A stretch of 64,000 bases of DNA from Nannocystales bacterium (GTDB lineage Bacteria; Myxococcota_A; Polyangia; Nannocystales; Nannocystaceae). The translations under genes were made by a program, and so were the position numbers. Of the stretch, positions 8,375 through 18,042 are shown one piece after another. Positions within the stretch are counted from its first letter, which is position 1. Each line of letters opens with the position of its first letter. The stretch is taken from contig JBOEGF010000014.1 of the NCBI GenBank assembly GCA_050633305.1, positions 192,001 to 256,000 of the forward strand. The letters are read 5' to 3'. A model generated the notes under the pieces. The model worked only from the letters and a program-made list of their open reading frames with translations. It was not told where the DNA came from and ran no database searches.

Positions 8375-10173
8375 GACGTCATCTCCACGGCGCCAGCGTG
8401 CGTTCGCTGGCGGTCCACGATCCGGGCATAGGGGCCCGCGACCTGTCTCAGTTGCTCGGGAGTCCCCTGTTGAACCACTCGGCCGCCGTCGAGCACGACG
8501 ACCCAATCCGCGAGCGCCAAGGTCGAGAGGCGGTGTGCGATGACGATGGTTGTCGTCTTCTGATGGCGCTCTCGGAGCTCGGCCAGGATCCCTGCCTCGG
8601 TCCGTGTGTCGACCGCGCTCAGGGCGTCGTCGAGGACGAGGACCCTTGGCCGCTCGAGCAGGGTCCGGGCGATCGCGACACGTTGCCGTTGCCCCCCGGA
8701 CAGGGTGACCCCACGCTCGCCGACCTTGGTCGCGTACCCGTGCTCGAACTTCTCGATCGCATCGTGCACGCAGGCTGCGTGTGTTGCGTCGTGGATGTCG
8801 GCCATCGTCGCCCCGGGGCGGCCCATCCTCAGGTTGTCGAGCAACGGCTTCGAGAAGAGGAAGGCCTCCTGGTGGACGACGCCCACCCGCGCTCGGAGGT
8901 CTCCCCGGCTCACGGAGGTGATGTCGAGTCCTCCGATTGAGATCGTTCCCGCGTTCGTCTCGTACATGCGCAGCAGCAGCGACACGATGGTGCTCTTTCC
9001 CGACCCCGGTGGCCCGATGATCGCGAGGGTTGCCCCTGAAGGGACATCGAAGGAAACGTTCCGCAGTGTTGGCTCCGCGTCGCCGTAGGCGAATGTGACA
9101 TTGTCGAACGAGACGCCCCCGGCCTCTTGAAGGACCGAGGGGTTGTCCGGCTCTTGCTCTGGCTCGGTGTCGAGGATTCGGCGGATCCGGCCGAGGGCGA
9201 CAGTCGCTTTTCCGAAATCACTGACGATGCGCCCGAGCTGCCGCATGGGAAATGTGAACATCGAGACCGCAGTGACGAAGAAGAACAACGCCCCGACGGT
9301 CAGCGTTCCTTGCGCCAGAAAGACGATCCCCGTGACCAAGACCACGGCCTGTTGCGCGAAGCACATGAAGTCCGAGATTCCCCAGAACCAGCCCGCGACC
9401 ACGTACACGCGGTAGTCAGCGTCGCGGTAGTCGTCGTTGTTGCGGCCGAACCTCGAACGCTCGAACGCCTGGCGGGCGAACGCTCGCACCACGCGAATCC
9501 CGGAGATGTTTTCCTGGACGTTGGCGGTGAGAGTGGCTTCGGACTCGTCCGAGCGCAGGTATGCACGGTGAACCTTCCCGAAGAAGAACACCGAGAAGCC
9601 GATGATGGCCGGCACCAGTATGACGGACGCGAGCGTCATCCGGCCATCGACGGCAAGCATCAACGGCAGGGGGACGAAGAGCATGACCACGGTGCGACCG
9701 AACTCCACGACTTGCCCGCCGAGGAAGAGCCGGACCGTGTCCACGTCCGAGGTGCATCGTTGGACGAGATCACCACTCTCAGCGTTGTCGTGAAAGGGGG
9801 TGGGAAGTCGCTGCAGGCGATCGTGTAACCGGTCGCGGAGCTCGAGGATGATCTGTTCCGTCGCGACCTCTGCAAGCCGCTCGCGGAGGTACGTGAACGC
9901 CCCGGCGACCGCCGTGAGGACGACGAGCAGCAACGCGGGCAGCCACAGCTGCTCCGCAACGAATGCCGGGCCGCCCATGGCCCGCACAACACTCGCGGAG
10001 ACCCGGGACGGTTCGGCCCCGTCGTGCGCGAGGACAACATCCAGCACGGCTTGGGGCACCAGCGGAGCCAGGTAGAGGAAGCACGACGCGATCACCAGGC
10101 TCGCGATTGCGATGCTGTAGTGCAGCCGAGCGCCGTGCATGAGGCGAGCAAGCTCGCGGAGGGTAGAAAACAT
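8371..10173 (-). CDS. ABC exporter ATP-binding/permease subunit (degenerate Walker B)
   Basis: GPPGSGKST, LSGGQRQR, LVLDDALSAVD, IAHRLST. Typical partner in a heterodimeric exporter. Confidence 0.92.
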   Translation of the reverse strand: MFSTLRELARLMHGARLHYSIAIASLVIASCFLYLAPLVPQAVLDVVLAHDGAEPSRVSASVVRAMGGPAFVAEQLWLPALLLVVLTAVAGAFTYLRERLAEVATEQIILELRDRLHDRLQRLPTPFHDNAESGDLVQRCTSDVDTVRLFLGGQVVEFGRTVVMLFVPLPLMLAVDGRMTLASVILVPAIIGFSVFFFGKVHRAYLRSDESEATLTANVQENISGIRVVRAFARQAFERSRFGRNNDDYRDADYRVYVVAGWFWGISDFMCFAQQAVVLVTGIVFLAQGTLTVGALFFFVTAVSMFTFPMRQLGRIVSDFGKATVALGRIRRILDTEPEQEPDNPSVLQEAGGVSFDNVTFAYGDAEPTLRNVSFDVPSGATLAIIGPPGSGKSTIVSLLLRMYETNAGTISIGGLDITSVSRGDLRARVGVVHQEAFLFSKPLLDNLRMGRPGATMADIHDATHAACVHDAIEKFEHGYATKVGERGVTLSGGQRQRVAIARTLLERPRVLVLDDALSAVDTRTEAGILAELRERHQKTTTIVIAHRLSTLALADWVVVLDGGRVVQQGTPEQLRQVAGPYARIVDRQRTHAGAVEMTS

Positions 10174-10184
10174 GAGAGATCTCG

Positions 10185-10402
10185 AAGTCAGGTCAGAAGG
10201 CGGAAAAGCGAAGCGAAACGAACCACGGGCAGAGCCCGCTGCCGGGGACTGAGGTCCTGGCAGACGGGCTCGCTACTGGTCGTCGAGAGCGGCCGTAGTG
10301 AGTGGCCGCAGAAACTGACGGTCGGCGGATTGAGACTCAGATGAGACGCGCCGCGTCGACCAGCGAGCCCGCATACGCAAACGGCTTTCGTTTGCGTGCG
10401 GA
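10185..10402 (-). promoter_or_regulatory. structured 5' leader / putative attenuator of the ABC exporter operon
   Basis: Hairpin ccgcacgcaaacg-aaagc-cgtttgcgtatgcgg; long-range pairing of cgggctcgctggtcga with cgaccagtagcgagcccg; hairpin ctgccaggac..gtccccggcag followed by a U-rich tract. Confidence 0.45.
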
Positions 10403-10426
10403 CCTATGGCGAAGCGGGATCATCAT
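10337..10426 (-). CDS. putative 29-aa leader peptide MMIPLRHRSARKRKPFAYAGSLVDAARLI
   Basis: Short ORF 163 nt upstream of the ABC genes, embedded in inverted repeats. Confidence 0.45.
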   Translation of the reverse strand: MMIPLRHRSARKRKPFAYAGSLVDAARLI

Positions 10427-10540
10427 CGAGACCTGATCTTTACTCTAGGCCGGGGGATATGGAGGCGCAACCCCAACGAGAAGGATCGCAAACTCCATCC
10501 GAGGAGGCTGAGCGCATGAACAGTGCACTACAATCCGGCC

Positions 10541-12970
10541 GTGGTCAAGGTGGACCTGGAGGAACGCCGCGTCGAAGTGGGTGTTCGAGAGCTGCTGGCG
10601 AGCGGGTCGGGTCGGGGCCGGGGCCCTGGTGGTTCGAGCTTGCGTGCACAGATCGGGGCGGACGTGCACGCCCGCTATCGGGTGCGACGCGAAGACGAAC
10701 TCGGCGGTCGCTTCGCGGCCGAGGTCTCCATCAAGCTGCAGCTGGAGGTCGATGAGTTCACGGCCACGATTACCGGGCGCGCCGATGGGGTCATCGGTCT
10801 CGACGAACCCGACGGCCCGCTGACGATTGAAGAGGTCAAGTCCGTGCTGGATCCCGCGGCGACCGATCTTGCGTCTGCGCAGCTGCAAGTGCGCGCGTAC
10901 ACGCTGGCCCTGCTTCGCGCCGGGCATACCGGCCCGCTCCAGCCGTTCGTCGTACAGGTGAATGTCTGGGATGATCGCGAGCGCTCCGTCCCCGTGCACT
11001 TTGATGCGGCGGACACGGAGGCGCGGCTTGCTGAGCTCGTCCGCCGGACGATCGCGGTTGCGCGCGAGCAGGACCGTTGGGCACGTGGGCGCGCACAGTG
11101 GGCGGAGGGGCTGGCGTTCCCACACGAGGAGATCCGCGAAGGCCAGCAGATGCTCGTGGATGCGATCGACGACGCTCTCGCCGAGGGACGACCGTTGCTC
11201 GCCCAAGCGCCCACAGGGACCGGCAAGACGGCGGCCTCGCTGTTCGGTGCGATTCGGTACGCCGCACGCCGAGGGGCTCGGGTGTTCTACGCGACACCAA
11301 AGACGACCCAGCACATGCACATCGCACAGACGTTCGAAGCGCTTTGCGAGGCGAGTGCCGCGGCTGTTCCCGAGGACGCGGCTCCACCGCTCGCGGTCAG
11401 CCTGCACGCGCGCTCCCGGCTGTGCCGACAGGGGTCCTCCGTCTGTGACCGGAAGACGTGCCCTCGGTTGGCGAACCACAGCGCAGAGGGAGCGGGCGCC
11501 GCTGCACGGCTCGCAGCCAAGCACCGCTACGTCGGTGGCAAAGAACTCGCCGACGCGGGTCGGGCTCACAACGTGTGCCCGTACGAACTCGGGTTCGATC
11601 TTGCCCACACCGCTGACTTGATCATCGGCGACTTCAACTACGTCTTCGATCCCTCGATCGCGATCCTGTCGTCGAGCCGGATCAAGACACTTGTCGTCGT
11701 CGACGAAGCGCACAACCTCTTCGACCGGGCGCGCGCATACTCGAGTGCGCGGCTCATGCTCCGGGATCTCGAACTCGCAGAGCAGGCGATCGATGGCAGC
11801 GACCCCAGCGCACTTGCGAGCAACACGTGGGTTGCCGAGGTTCGGGCTGCGATCCAGGAGGCAACGGCCAACCCTCCCCGTGAACAAGACGGGACCGGCC
11901 GCCTGATCCACGACGGCACCTTCGAGCTCGAGTCATTTCCCCCGCAGTTTTTCGCACTCGCCCAACAGGCCCGTTCGTTGCTGCTGCGCCGGGTGTCGCA
12001 GGCTCCGCCCCGGCAGTCGGTCGGCGGTGACGACCCCGATCCGTTCGCCGAGGTCCTGCGCACAGTGATCCGCTCAGCGGAGGCAACCGACTTCGTCACC
12101 GACACCTTGGTGCCGTTTGGGGTCTCGGCGACCAACCGCGGAGGCGCGGGCGTGGGTCTGGTCTGTGTCGACCCGGCCCGGGCATTGCTGCGTCGCCATC
12201 GCGAAGCGCTCGGTATTGTCGCGATGAGTGCGACCCTGCAGCCGCTGACGTACTGGTGCGATGTGTTGGGCCTCGAAGCCCTGGATGCGGTGCTGCTCGA
12301 GGTCCCTTCTCCGTTCTCGCCGGACCAGCGTCGAGTGGTCATCGCCCAGGAGGTGTCCACGACGTATCGCGATCGAGGTGCCAGCCTGCCGCAGATCGCC
12401 GGCTTGGTGGCGGACGTCGTGGCGCTACGGCCTGGCCCGTACATCGTCTTCTTTCCCAGCTTCTCCTACTTGGGCGCGGTCGCGGAGCACCTGCCGCCGT
12501 TGGGCGAGGTGTTCATGCAGGCGCCGCGAACGAGCCTGGCTCAGCGGCGTGCGTTGCTGGATCGCTTTCGTCGGGCGAGTGGACCTCGCGTGCTGATGGC
12601 GGTGAGCGGCGGTGTGTTTGGTGAGGGCATCGACCTGCCGGGCGACGAGTTGCTCGGTGCGCTCATCGTCGGGCCCTGTCTGCCGCCGATCGGGTTTCAG
12701 ACCGCCGCCATGGCTCGGCACTTCGAGGCGACCCGACAAGCCGGGTTTGCGTACGCGATGCTGTACCCCGGCATGCAGAGGGTGGTTCAGGCCGCCGGCC
12801 GAGTGATTCGGCGCGAGGCTGATCGCGGTGTGGTCGTCCTGATCGGGCGTCGCTTCACACGGCCGGAGATCGTCGAGTGCCTGCCCGAGGATTGGTACAG
12901 CTACGACCCAAGCGAGCTCGTCCCCGAGCAGCCGCTCGCGGCGCTGCGCGACTTCTGGGCCTACGACTAG
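10541..12970 (+). CDS. DinG/Rad3(XPD)-family Fe-S DNA helicase with N-terminal PD-(D/E)xK nuclease-like domain
   Basis: APTGTGKT, Cys cluster (LC..VC..TCP..CPY), DEAHN, SATL, FFPSF, GEGIDL, QAAGRVIR. N-terminus has GRADG..IEEVKS..QLQVRAY. Confidence 0.9.
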   Translation: MVKVDLEERRVEVGVRELLASGSGRGRGPGGSSLRAQIGADVHARYRVRREDELGGRFAAEVSIKLQLEVDEFTATITGRADGVIGLDEPDGPLTIEEVKSVLDPAATDLASAQLQVRAYTLALLRAGHTGPLQPFVVQVNVWDDRERSVPVHFDAADTEARLAELVRRTIAVAREQDRWARGRAQWAEGLAFPHEEIREGQQMLVDAIDDALAEGRPLLAQAPTGTGKTAASLFGAIRYAARRGARVFYATPKTTQHMHIAQTFEALCEASAAAVPEDAAPPLAVSLHARSRLCRQGSSVCDRKTCPRLANHSAEGAGAAARLAAKHRYVGGKELADAGRAHNVCPYELGFDLAHTADLIIGDFNYVFDPSIAILSSSRIKTLVVVDEAHNLFDRARAYSSARLMLRDLELAEQAIDGSDPSALASNTWVAEVRAAIQEATANPPREQDGTGRLIHDGTFELESFPPQFFALAQQARSLLLRRVSQAPPRQSVGGDDPDPFAEVLRTVIRSAEATDFVTDTLVPFGVSATNRGGAGVGLVCVDPARALLRRHREALGIVAMSATLQPLTYWCDVLGLEALDAVLLEVPSPFSPDQRRVVIAQEVSTTYRDRGASLPQIAGLVADVVALRPGPYIVFFPSFSYLGAVAEHLPPLGEVFMQAPRTSLAQRRALLDRFRRASGPRVLMAVSGGVFGEGIDLPGDELLGALIVGPCLPPIGFQTAAMARHFEATRQAGFAYAMLYPGMQRVVQAAGRVIRREADRGVVVLIGRRFTRPEIVECLPEDWYSYDPSELVPEQPLAALRDFWAYD

Positions 12971-13042
12971 GCGCTTCTTGCTCGGGGCGTGGGGCGCAAG
13001 AACCTGTGGTCTTGGGGGACGAGTTGTGGCACTGCCCCGTTC

Positions 13043-13450
13043 ATGAAAACGCGAGTGAGCGCCTACGGGCTCGTCGTTCGAGACGAGCAGATCCTGCTGA
13101 CGCAGCTCGCGGACTTCTGCTACCGACCGCGCCACTGGATGCTGCCTGGCGGCGGCATGAAACACGGCGAGCTGCCCGAAGAAACGGTGGTGCGGGAGTT
13201 CCGAGAGGAGACGAGCCTCGCGGCACGAGAACTCGAGCTCTTCCACGTACACACGTTCTCGGAGAGTGATCGGGGGCCGTTCATGGGCGTGCAGATCGTC
13301 TATCGCGCGCTGGCGACTGGCGAACCCGCCGTGTTGGAGGTCGGAGGCAGCACGGCGGATGTTGCATGGGTCCCGTTCGAGGACCTTCCGAAGCTGGACC
13401 GGGTTCCGGGGCTCGATGTGATCCTCGGGAAGCTCGGTATCGCGTTCTAG
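13043..13450 (+). CDS. NUDIX hydrolase
   Basis: LPGGGMKHGELPEETVVREFREETSL Nudix box. Confidence 0.88.
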   Translation: MKTRVSAYGLVVRDEQILLTQLADFCYRPRHWMLPGGGMKHGELPEETVVREFREETSLAARELELFHVHTFSESDRGPFMGVQIVYRALATGEPAVLEVGGSTADVAWVPFEDLPKLDRVPGLDVILGKLGIAF

Positions 13451-13472
13451 CCGGTCGCGATGCTCCGGCCTC

Positions 13473-14978
13473 TCAGGGTCCGGCTGCGACGTACTGGCGG
13501 TGGTACTGGGCGCTCTCGTCTTCTTGAATCCGCTCGGCTTCCATCGTCAGCCAAGTCGCGGCAGCGTTGGCCATGGGTCGCTCACCCCGTTCGTGCCATA
13601 GCCAGTGCACGACGCTGGCGGCCTTGGCATCGATCGCTTGGAAGACCGGACGGGCTTCGGAGACATCGGCGCGGCGGTGGAGCGCGTACCCGTCCTGAAT
13701 CTCGAGCCAGTCGTGCCACAACTCCACGGAGGTCGGAGAAATGGGGGCCGACCGGGCCGCTTCGAGGCGGTCGAGTGCGCACTTGATGCGGTGCTCTTGT
13801 GCGGCGGAGAACAGCTCGACCGCGCGAGCGAGGGTCTTCCCCCCTCGGGGAATTTCACCCGAGGGCGGCATCATCGACGCCACCTCGACACACAGGGAGC
13901 GGTGAAGCTCGACCATCGATTCCTCGACGGTGCGGTTGCAGTCCAACTCGAGGGACCGGGCCCGCACTCGACGGCGCAGGCCGATGTCCCAAAGCGTCTC
14001 GTCCCATGCCCGCCCGAGGCGGTCGAGTTCCTGACTGGTCAGCTCTCCTGTGCGGTGCGCCTTGACGGCATCGAGGTGCAAGCTCGCGGCGCCAGTTCCC
14101 GCCAGGCCGAATCCGTTGGCGGCCCTGCGGCTGAGGTCGCGATCGACGACCGGGAAGTCGACCAGCTCCGGCTCGTCCCAAGCGCGCTCGAGAAGCGCCC
14201 AGGTCTTCCATCGTCCCGGCGCGGAGATCCAGGCGCGGAGGAGCTCTCCGCGGGTCGCGTGACCGAGGAGACGTCTCGCCACGGTTTGCAGGAGGCGCCC
14301 CGCTGCTGACAGAGCCAGCGAATGCCCCGAGCGCACCTCGACTTCGCGCCAACGGTCTCGACTGGCCGCATCTTCGAGCAGCCAATCGTTGGCGATGGCT
14401 CGGGCCAGCGGAGGGCACACCTCGGGGTCGAGGTTGTCCACGCTGAGCAGGAGTCGGCGGGCGGCGGTGCTGTCTCCGCGGGCGTCGGCGATCAGACCCG
14501 CGGCGACCAGGCCCGCGCCTCGCAAGGGCGCCGCCATGAGCGCGAGCTCCAGCTCGTCGAGGGCGCTGTCGTTCGAGCGGCGGCGCAACGCGAGCACGCC
14601 CATCAAGGCCGCGCCACCTTCTGGATCGCGGAGCCATGGGGGCCCACCCCAACGGGAAGCCGAGCGCGCCCATCGCCACGCCCCCAGCGGAACAAGCAGG
14701 CCGCGAACCAGCGGCCCCGGTTGCATGAGAAGTGCGGTGCAGGCCCCCAGGAGCAGAACGACGGCACCGGTTCCCCAAGCCCCGCGGGTGCAGGCATGCA
14801 GACCCAGCCCCGCGGTGAGTCCTCCGACCGCGAGCATGATCGACCCGCGCAGCTCCGCCCGGCGAAGACTCTGGGCGCGGGTTCCAGCGGGGTCGCAGTT
14901 GACCTGTGGCGGTGATGGCACGGCGCCGACCACGACCGCAGCGCCGACCAGAATCGACATCCAGACAAGCTCGGTCAT
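13473..14978 (-). CDS. hypothetical membrane protein with helical C-terminal region
   Basis: 501-aa ORF with N-terminal TM segments, coupled (ATGA) to the upstream gene. Confidence 0.7.
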   Translation of the reverse strand: MTELVWMSILVGAAVVVGAVPSPPQVNCDPAGTRAQSLRRAELRGSIMLAVGGLTAGLGLHACTRGAWGTGAVVLLLGACTALLMQPGPLVRGLLVPLGAWRWARSASRWGGPPWLRDPEGGAALMGVLALRRRSNDSALDELELALMAAPLRGAGLVAAGLIADARGDSTAARRLLLSVDNLDPEVCPPLARAIANDWLLEDAASRDRWREVEVRSGHSLALSAAGRLLQTVARRLLGHATRGELLRAWISAPGRWKTWALLERAWDEPELVDFPVVDRDLSRRAANGFGLAGTGAASLHLDAVKAHRTGELTSQELDRLGRAWDETLWDIGLRRRVRARSLELDCNRTVEESMVELHRSLCVEVASMMPPSGEIPRGGKTLARAVELFSAAQEHRIKCALDRLEAARSAPISPTSVELWHDWLEIQDGYALHRRADVSEARPVFQAIDAKAASVVHWLWHERGERPMANAAATWLTMEAERIQEDESAQYHRQYVAAGP

Positions 14979-15295
14979 GGCGCCTCCGAGCCGAGTACGC
15001 GTAGCGTGGACGGGACTCGCGCGGCGGGTACGTAGCGGAGTTCGTGCTCCAAGCGGAGGTCGGGGTCGTGCAACTCCGTGTGCGCGCGGGCGAGCAATTC
15101 CGCGTCTAGCGGTTCCATTCCGATCGGCGTCACAAACGTGAGCGCCCGTCCTCGGCGCAGGTCGTTTTGCAGTGCTCGGTATCGCAGCGTGATCTGGGCC
15201 GAGCGCGCTGCTGGCGTCAGTCCCAATACGTAGAACGGGTTTCGCACCGCTCGAGCAAAACTTGACCCGCAGTGCCGCGCTTGCTCGCCTCGCAT
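14975..15295 (-). CDS. small J-domain-like protein (no HPD)
   Basis: NPFYVLGL...ARAHTELHDPDLRL resembles DnaJ helices I and IV. Start uncertain. Confidence 0.55.
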   Translation of the reverse strand: MRGEQARHCGSSFARAVRNPFYVLGLTPAARSAQITLRYRALQNDLRRGRALTFVTPIGMEPLDAELLARAHTELHDPDLRLEHELRYVPAARVPSTLRVLGSEAP

Positions 15296-15384
15296 ATAAG
15301 TCTTGACGCGGTCTGCGAAGAGATTGTTCCCAAACCTCTTTTCAAACCCCGAAATTCCGTTGGGCTGTGCAACCCCCCGCGCAC

Positions 15385-15413
15385 TTGACCCGACTCCGAC
15401 GCCGCGGTAACAG
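15385..15413 (+). promoter_or_regulatory. candidate sigma70-type promoter for fabH
   Basis: TTGACC-N17-TAACAG, about 50 nt upstream of the GTG start. Confidence 0.3.
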
Positions 15414-15461
15414 CCCAACTTCAGGGAGCATTCGGCCGATCCAAGCCGTTGAACCGCACAG

Positions 15462-16442
15462 GTGAAGAGCATCAAGATTGTCGCGACCGGCAGCTACTTG
15501 CCGAAGAAGGTGCTGAGCAACGATGACCTCTCGAAGATGGTCGATACCTCGAATGAGTGGATCGTCGAGCGGACGGGCATCAAGGAGCGCCGGATTGCAG
15601 CGGAAGGGGAGTCCACCTCCGACCTCTGCGCGAACGCAATCAAAGATGCCTGCGCAAACGCAGGCATCAACCCGGACACGCTCGATGGTGTCATTGTCGG
15701 AACGTCGACCACCGACACGCTCTTCCCATCGACCGCTTGTTGGACCCAGAAGAAGCTGGGTATCAAAGGCATGGCGGCCTTCGATGTCAGTGCCGGCTGC
15801 ACCGGCTTCCTCTACGGGCTCGAGCTCGCCACGAGCCTGATCGTCAGCGGCACCAGCAAGCGCATCGCTGTGGTGGGTGGCGAGGTCATGAGCCGCGTCA
15901 TCAACTGGAAGGACCGCCGCACATGTGTCCTGTTCGGTGACGGCGCAGGCGCTGCGATCGTCACGGCTGGGGAGGGTAACTCGGGGGTGCTCGCGTCCAA
16001 CTGGGGTGCCGACGGCAACCTCGCGCCGATCCTCTACCAGCCCGCAGGTGGCTCTCAGATGCCAGCCAGCCACGAGACCGTCGACGACATGGGGCACACC
16101 GTGCACATGGAGGGCAACACGGTTTTCAAGCACGCCGTCGTGGCGATGAGCGGAGCCGTCTCCGACGCGTTGAAGTCCGCCGAACTCTCGGGCGATGACA
16201 TCGACCTCTTCATCCCGCACCAGGCCAACATGCGCATCATGGAGGCTGCCCGTCAGCGCGCTGGCGTTGCGCCGGAGAAGATGGTCAACGTCCTGCCCAA
16301 GTACGGCAACATGTCGGCGGCGACCATTCCGGTCGCGCTGCATGAGTCCAACGTCGCCGGTCGCCTCAACGAAGGCGACATCTTGGCGATGACGGCGTTT
16401 GGCACCGGGTTCACCTGGGGCGCCAGCGTCGTTCGCTGGTAG
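15462..16442 (+). CDS. fabH: beta-ketoacyl-ACP synthase III
   Basis: DTSNEWIVERTGIKERR, AGCTGF (catalytic Cys), LFGDGAGA, PHQAN, YGNMSAA, GTGFTWG. Confidence 0.95.
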   Translation: MKSIKIVATGSYLPKKVLSNDDLSKMVDTSNEWIVERTGIKERRIAAEGESTSDLCANAIKDACANAGINPDTLDGVIVGTSTTDTLFPSTACWTQKKLGIKGMAAFDVSAGCTGFLYGLELATSLIVSGTSKRIAVVGGEVMSRVINWKDRRTCVLFGDGAGAAIVTAGEGNSGVLASNWGADGNLAPILYQPAGGSQMPASHETVDDMGHTVHMEGNTVFKHAVVAMSGAVSDALKSAELSGDDIDLFIPHQANMRIMEAARQRAGVAPEKMVNVLPKYGNMSAATIPVALHESNVAGRLNEGDILAMTAFGTGFTWGASVVRW

Positions 16443-16448
16443 CGGCCG

Positions 16449-17912
16449 TCAGGGGCCTGAGTCCGCCTGTTCTGGGCGATCCGCCCGGTCACCCAGGCTT
16501 ACCAGCTCCCAGTAGGCCGGAAGTCGCCCGCGCTCACGCTCGAAGGCCTCGACCTCGGCCTCCAGCTTGGCCTTGCGCGCTGCGTGCTCTTCGGCCAACC
16601 AGGTCGCTCGCAACGCCACGACGGGACTCATGCCCTCGGGGACCGGGCCCACCTTGCCCATGGCGTTCAGCACGACGCTGTACGCCTTGGCCAGCCTCGC
16701 GAGGGGAAGCTTGGCGTAGCTGTAGTCCAGCGGCGCGCCGTCCTGGGCCTCTTCGAGCATCTGATCGATGACCGCGTTGTCGATGTGGTCGTCGAGGAGT
16801 GTGTCGTGACTGTGCCACTCGGCCACGACGGCAAGCGCAGGGTCGTACTCGAGGTCAGAGGGGCTGTGGGTCTCGAAGTGGGTGACCCCGAACGCAGCCA
16901 TCCAGCTTGCGAGACCCTTGGATGAGAAGGAGGACAGTGTCTTCCACAGCGTGACGCCCAACTCGGCGTAGTGGGTGGAGGCGACCTCCGAGCAGAACTG
17001 CTCTTTCGGGTCGGCAAAGTCCATCTGGAAGTCGTACGGAACGTGGCGGGCGCGGGCGTCCGCCAGCGCAGCCTGGGCTGCCCGGTGCGGCATCATCGGG
17101 TCGGCGAGTAGGACGGGGTGGTCCGGTCGCATACGAAGTACGAGGACACGCAGCTTCTTGTCCTTGAAGTACGCCTCGGGCGTGGCGATGGCGATGCCCT
17201 TCTCGATGTGGGCTTCGATCAGCTTCGCCTCCCCAGACTCGTCCACGTGAACGACGGCAACGTGACTGAAGTTCCCGGGATAGTCGTTGCCGCGGGCGAT
17301 GAAAGCTGAGGTCGGTGCGCCGCCCCGGGAGACGAGTAGATCGCCGCTGTGAATGCGGACGCCCTCGAACTCGAGCGAGGGCGTCTGGGAGGGAATGGCG
17401 TCTACACGGTTGAGCGTGGGGGCTTCAGCGGGGGGGAGTTGCAGCAGAAGGGTTTCGGCGGCGGCACGGGACCCGTACAGGACTCGGTACAGCGTCTGAC
17501 GACCGGCGTCGTCGACCGGCCAAGAGACCGACGCCGTCTTCGCGTTCCTCCACAGCGCGTTGCGGACCTTGAGGAACCTGGGACCGGCGTCCGTGCAGCG
17601 CCCCATGTCGGCGGTGAGCTCGAAGAGTCCCTGCAGCAGGGCGTCCCATCGGGGATCGGTCGGCGGTGCGGCGGTGCGACCGAGTGTTGCGGCTTTGGCC
17701 TCGAGCTTCGTGGAGCGCGTTTGCACGTCGGGTGGGCATGCTTCATTCGCGTCGAAGCGCGCGGCGAGTCGCTCGAACTGCGGGTTCGCGTTCCAGGCGA
17801 AGCTCTCGTCCGTCCGGACCGGGGGCTCCGCGTGAGGGCAGGGGGGGAGCCACAGCAGCGCCACCACCGACAGCACCCCGAGCCCAGCGCGCTGCAGTGT
17901 CCGACGCTTCAC
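16449..17912 (-). CDS. permuted papain-like NlpC/P60 (YiiX/YebB-like) cysteine hydrolase, exported
   Basis: N-terminal signal/TM segment, then GDLLVSRG, NFSHVAVV, IEA, YDF and FCSEV motifs. Confidence 0.8.
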   Translation of the reverse strand: MKRRTLQRAGLGVLSVVALLWLPPCPHAEPPVRTDESFAWNANPQFERLAARFDANEACPPDVQTRSTKLEAKAATLGRTAAPPTDPRWDALLQGLFELTADMGRCTDAGPRFLKVRNALWRNAKTASVSWPVDDAGRQTLYRVLYGSRAAAETLLLQLPPAEAPTLNRVDAIPSQTPSLEFEGVRIHSGDLLVSRGGAPTSAFIARGNDYPGNFSHVAVVHVDESGEAKLIEAHIEKGIAIATPEAYFKDKKLRVLVLRMRPDHPVLLADPMMPHRAAQAALADARARHVPYDFQMDFADPKEQFCSEVASTHYAELGVTLWKTLSSFSSKGLASWMAAFGVTHFETHSPSDLEYDPALAVVAEWHSHDTLLDDHIDNAVIDQMLEEAQDGAPLDYSYAKLPLARLAKAYSVVLNAMGKVGPVPEGMSPVVALRATWLAEEHAARKAKLEAEVEAFERERGRLPAYWELVSLGDRADRPEQADSGP

Positions 17913-18042
17913 CGCGCCAGCCTACCAACCGGACTACGTAGGGCTACGTATCGCGAAGCCTCGGGCGCTCGATCGGCCGCGAAAAATACCGAATTGCGGC
18001 AATTGTCGCGGTTCCTGGACGCCCGCATCTTGAATACAAGCG

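Noticed and set aside
10541..11100. Cas4-like domain as evidence of a CRISPR-Cas or type IV DinG locus
   Set aside because: No cas genes or repeat-spacer array in the window.
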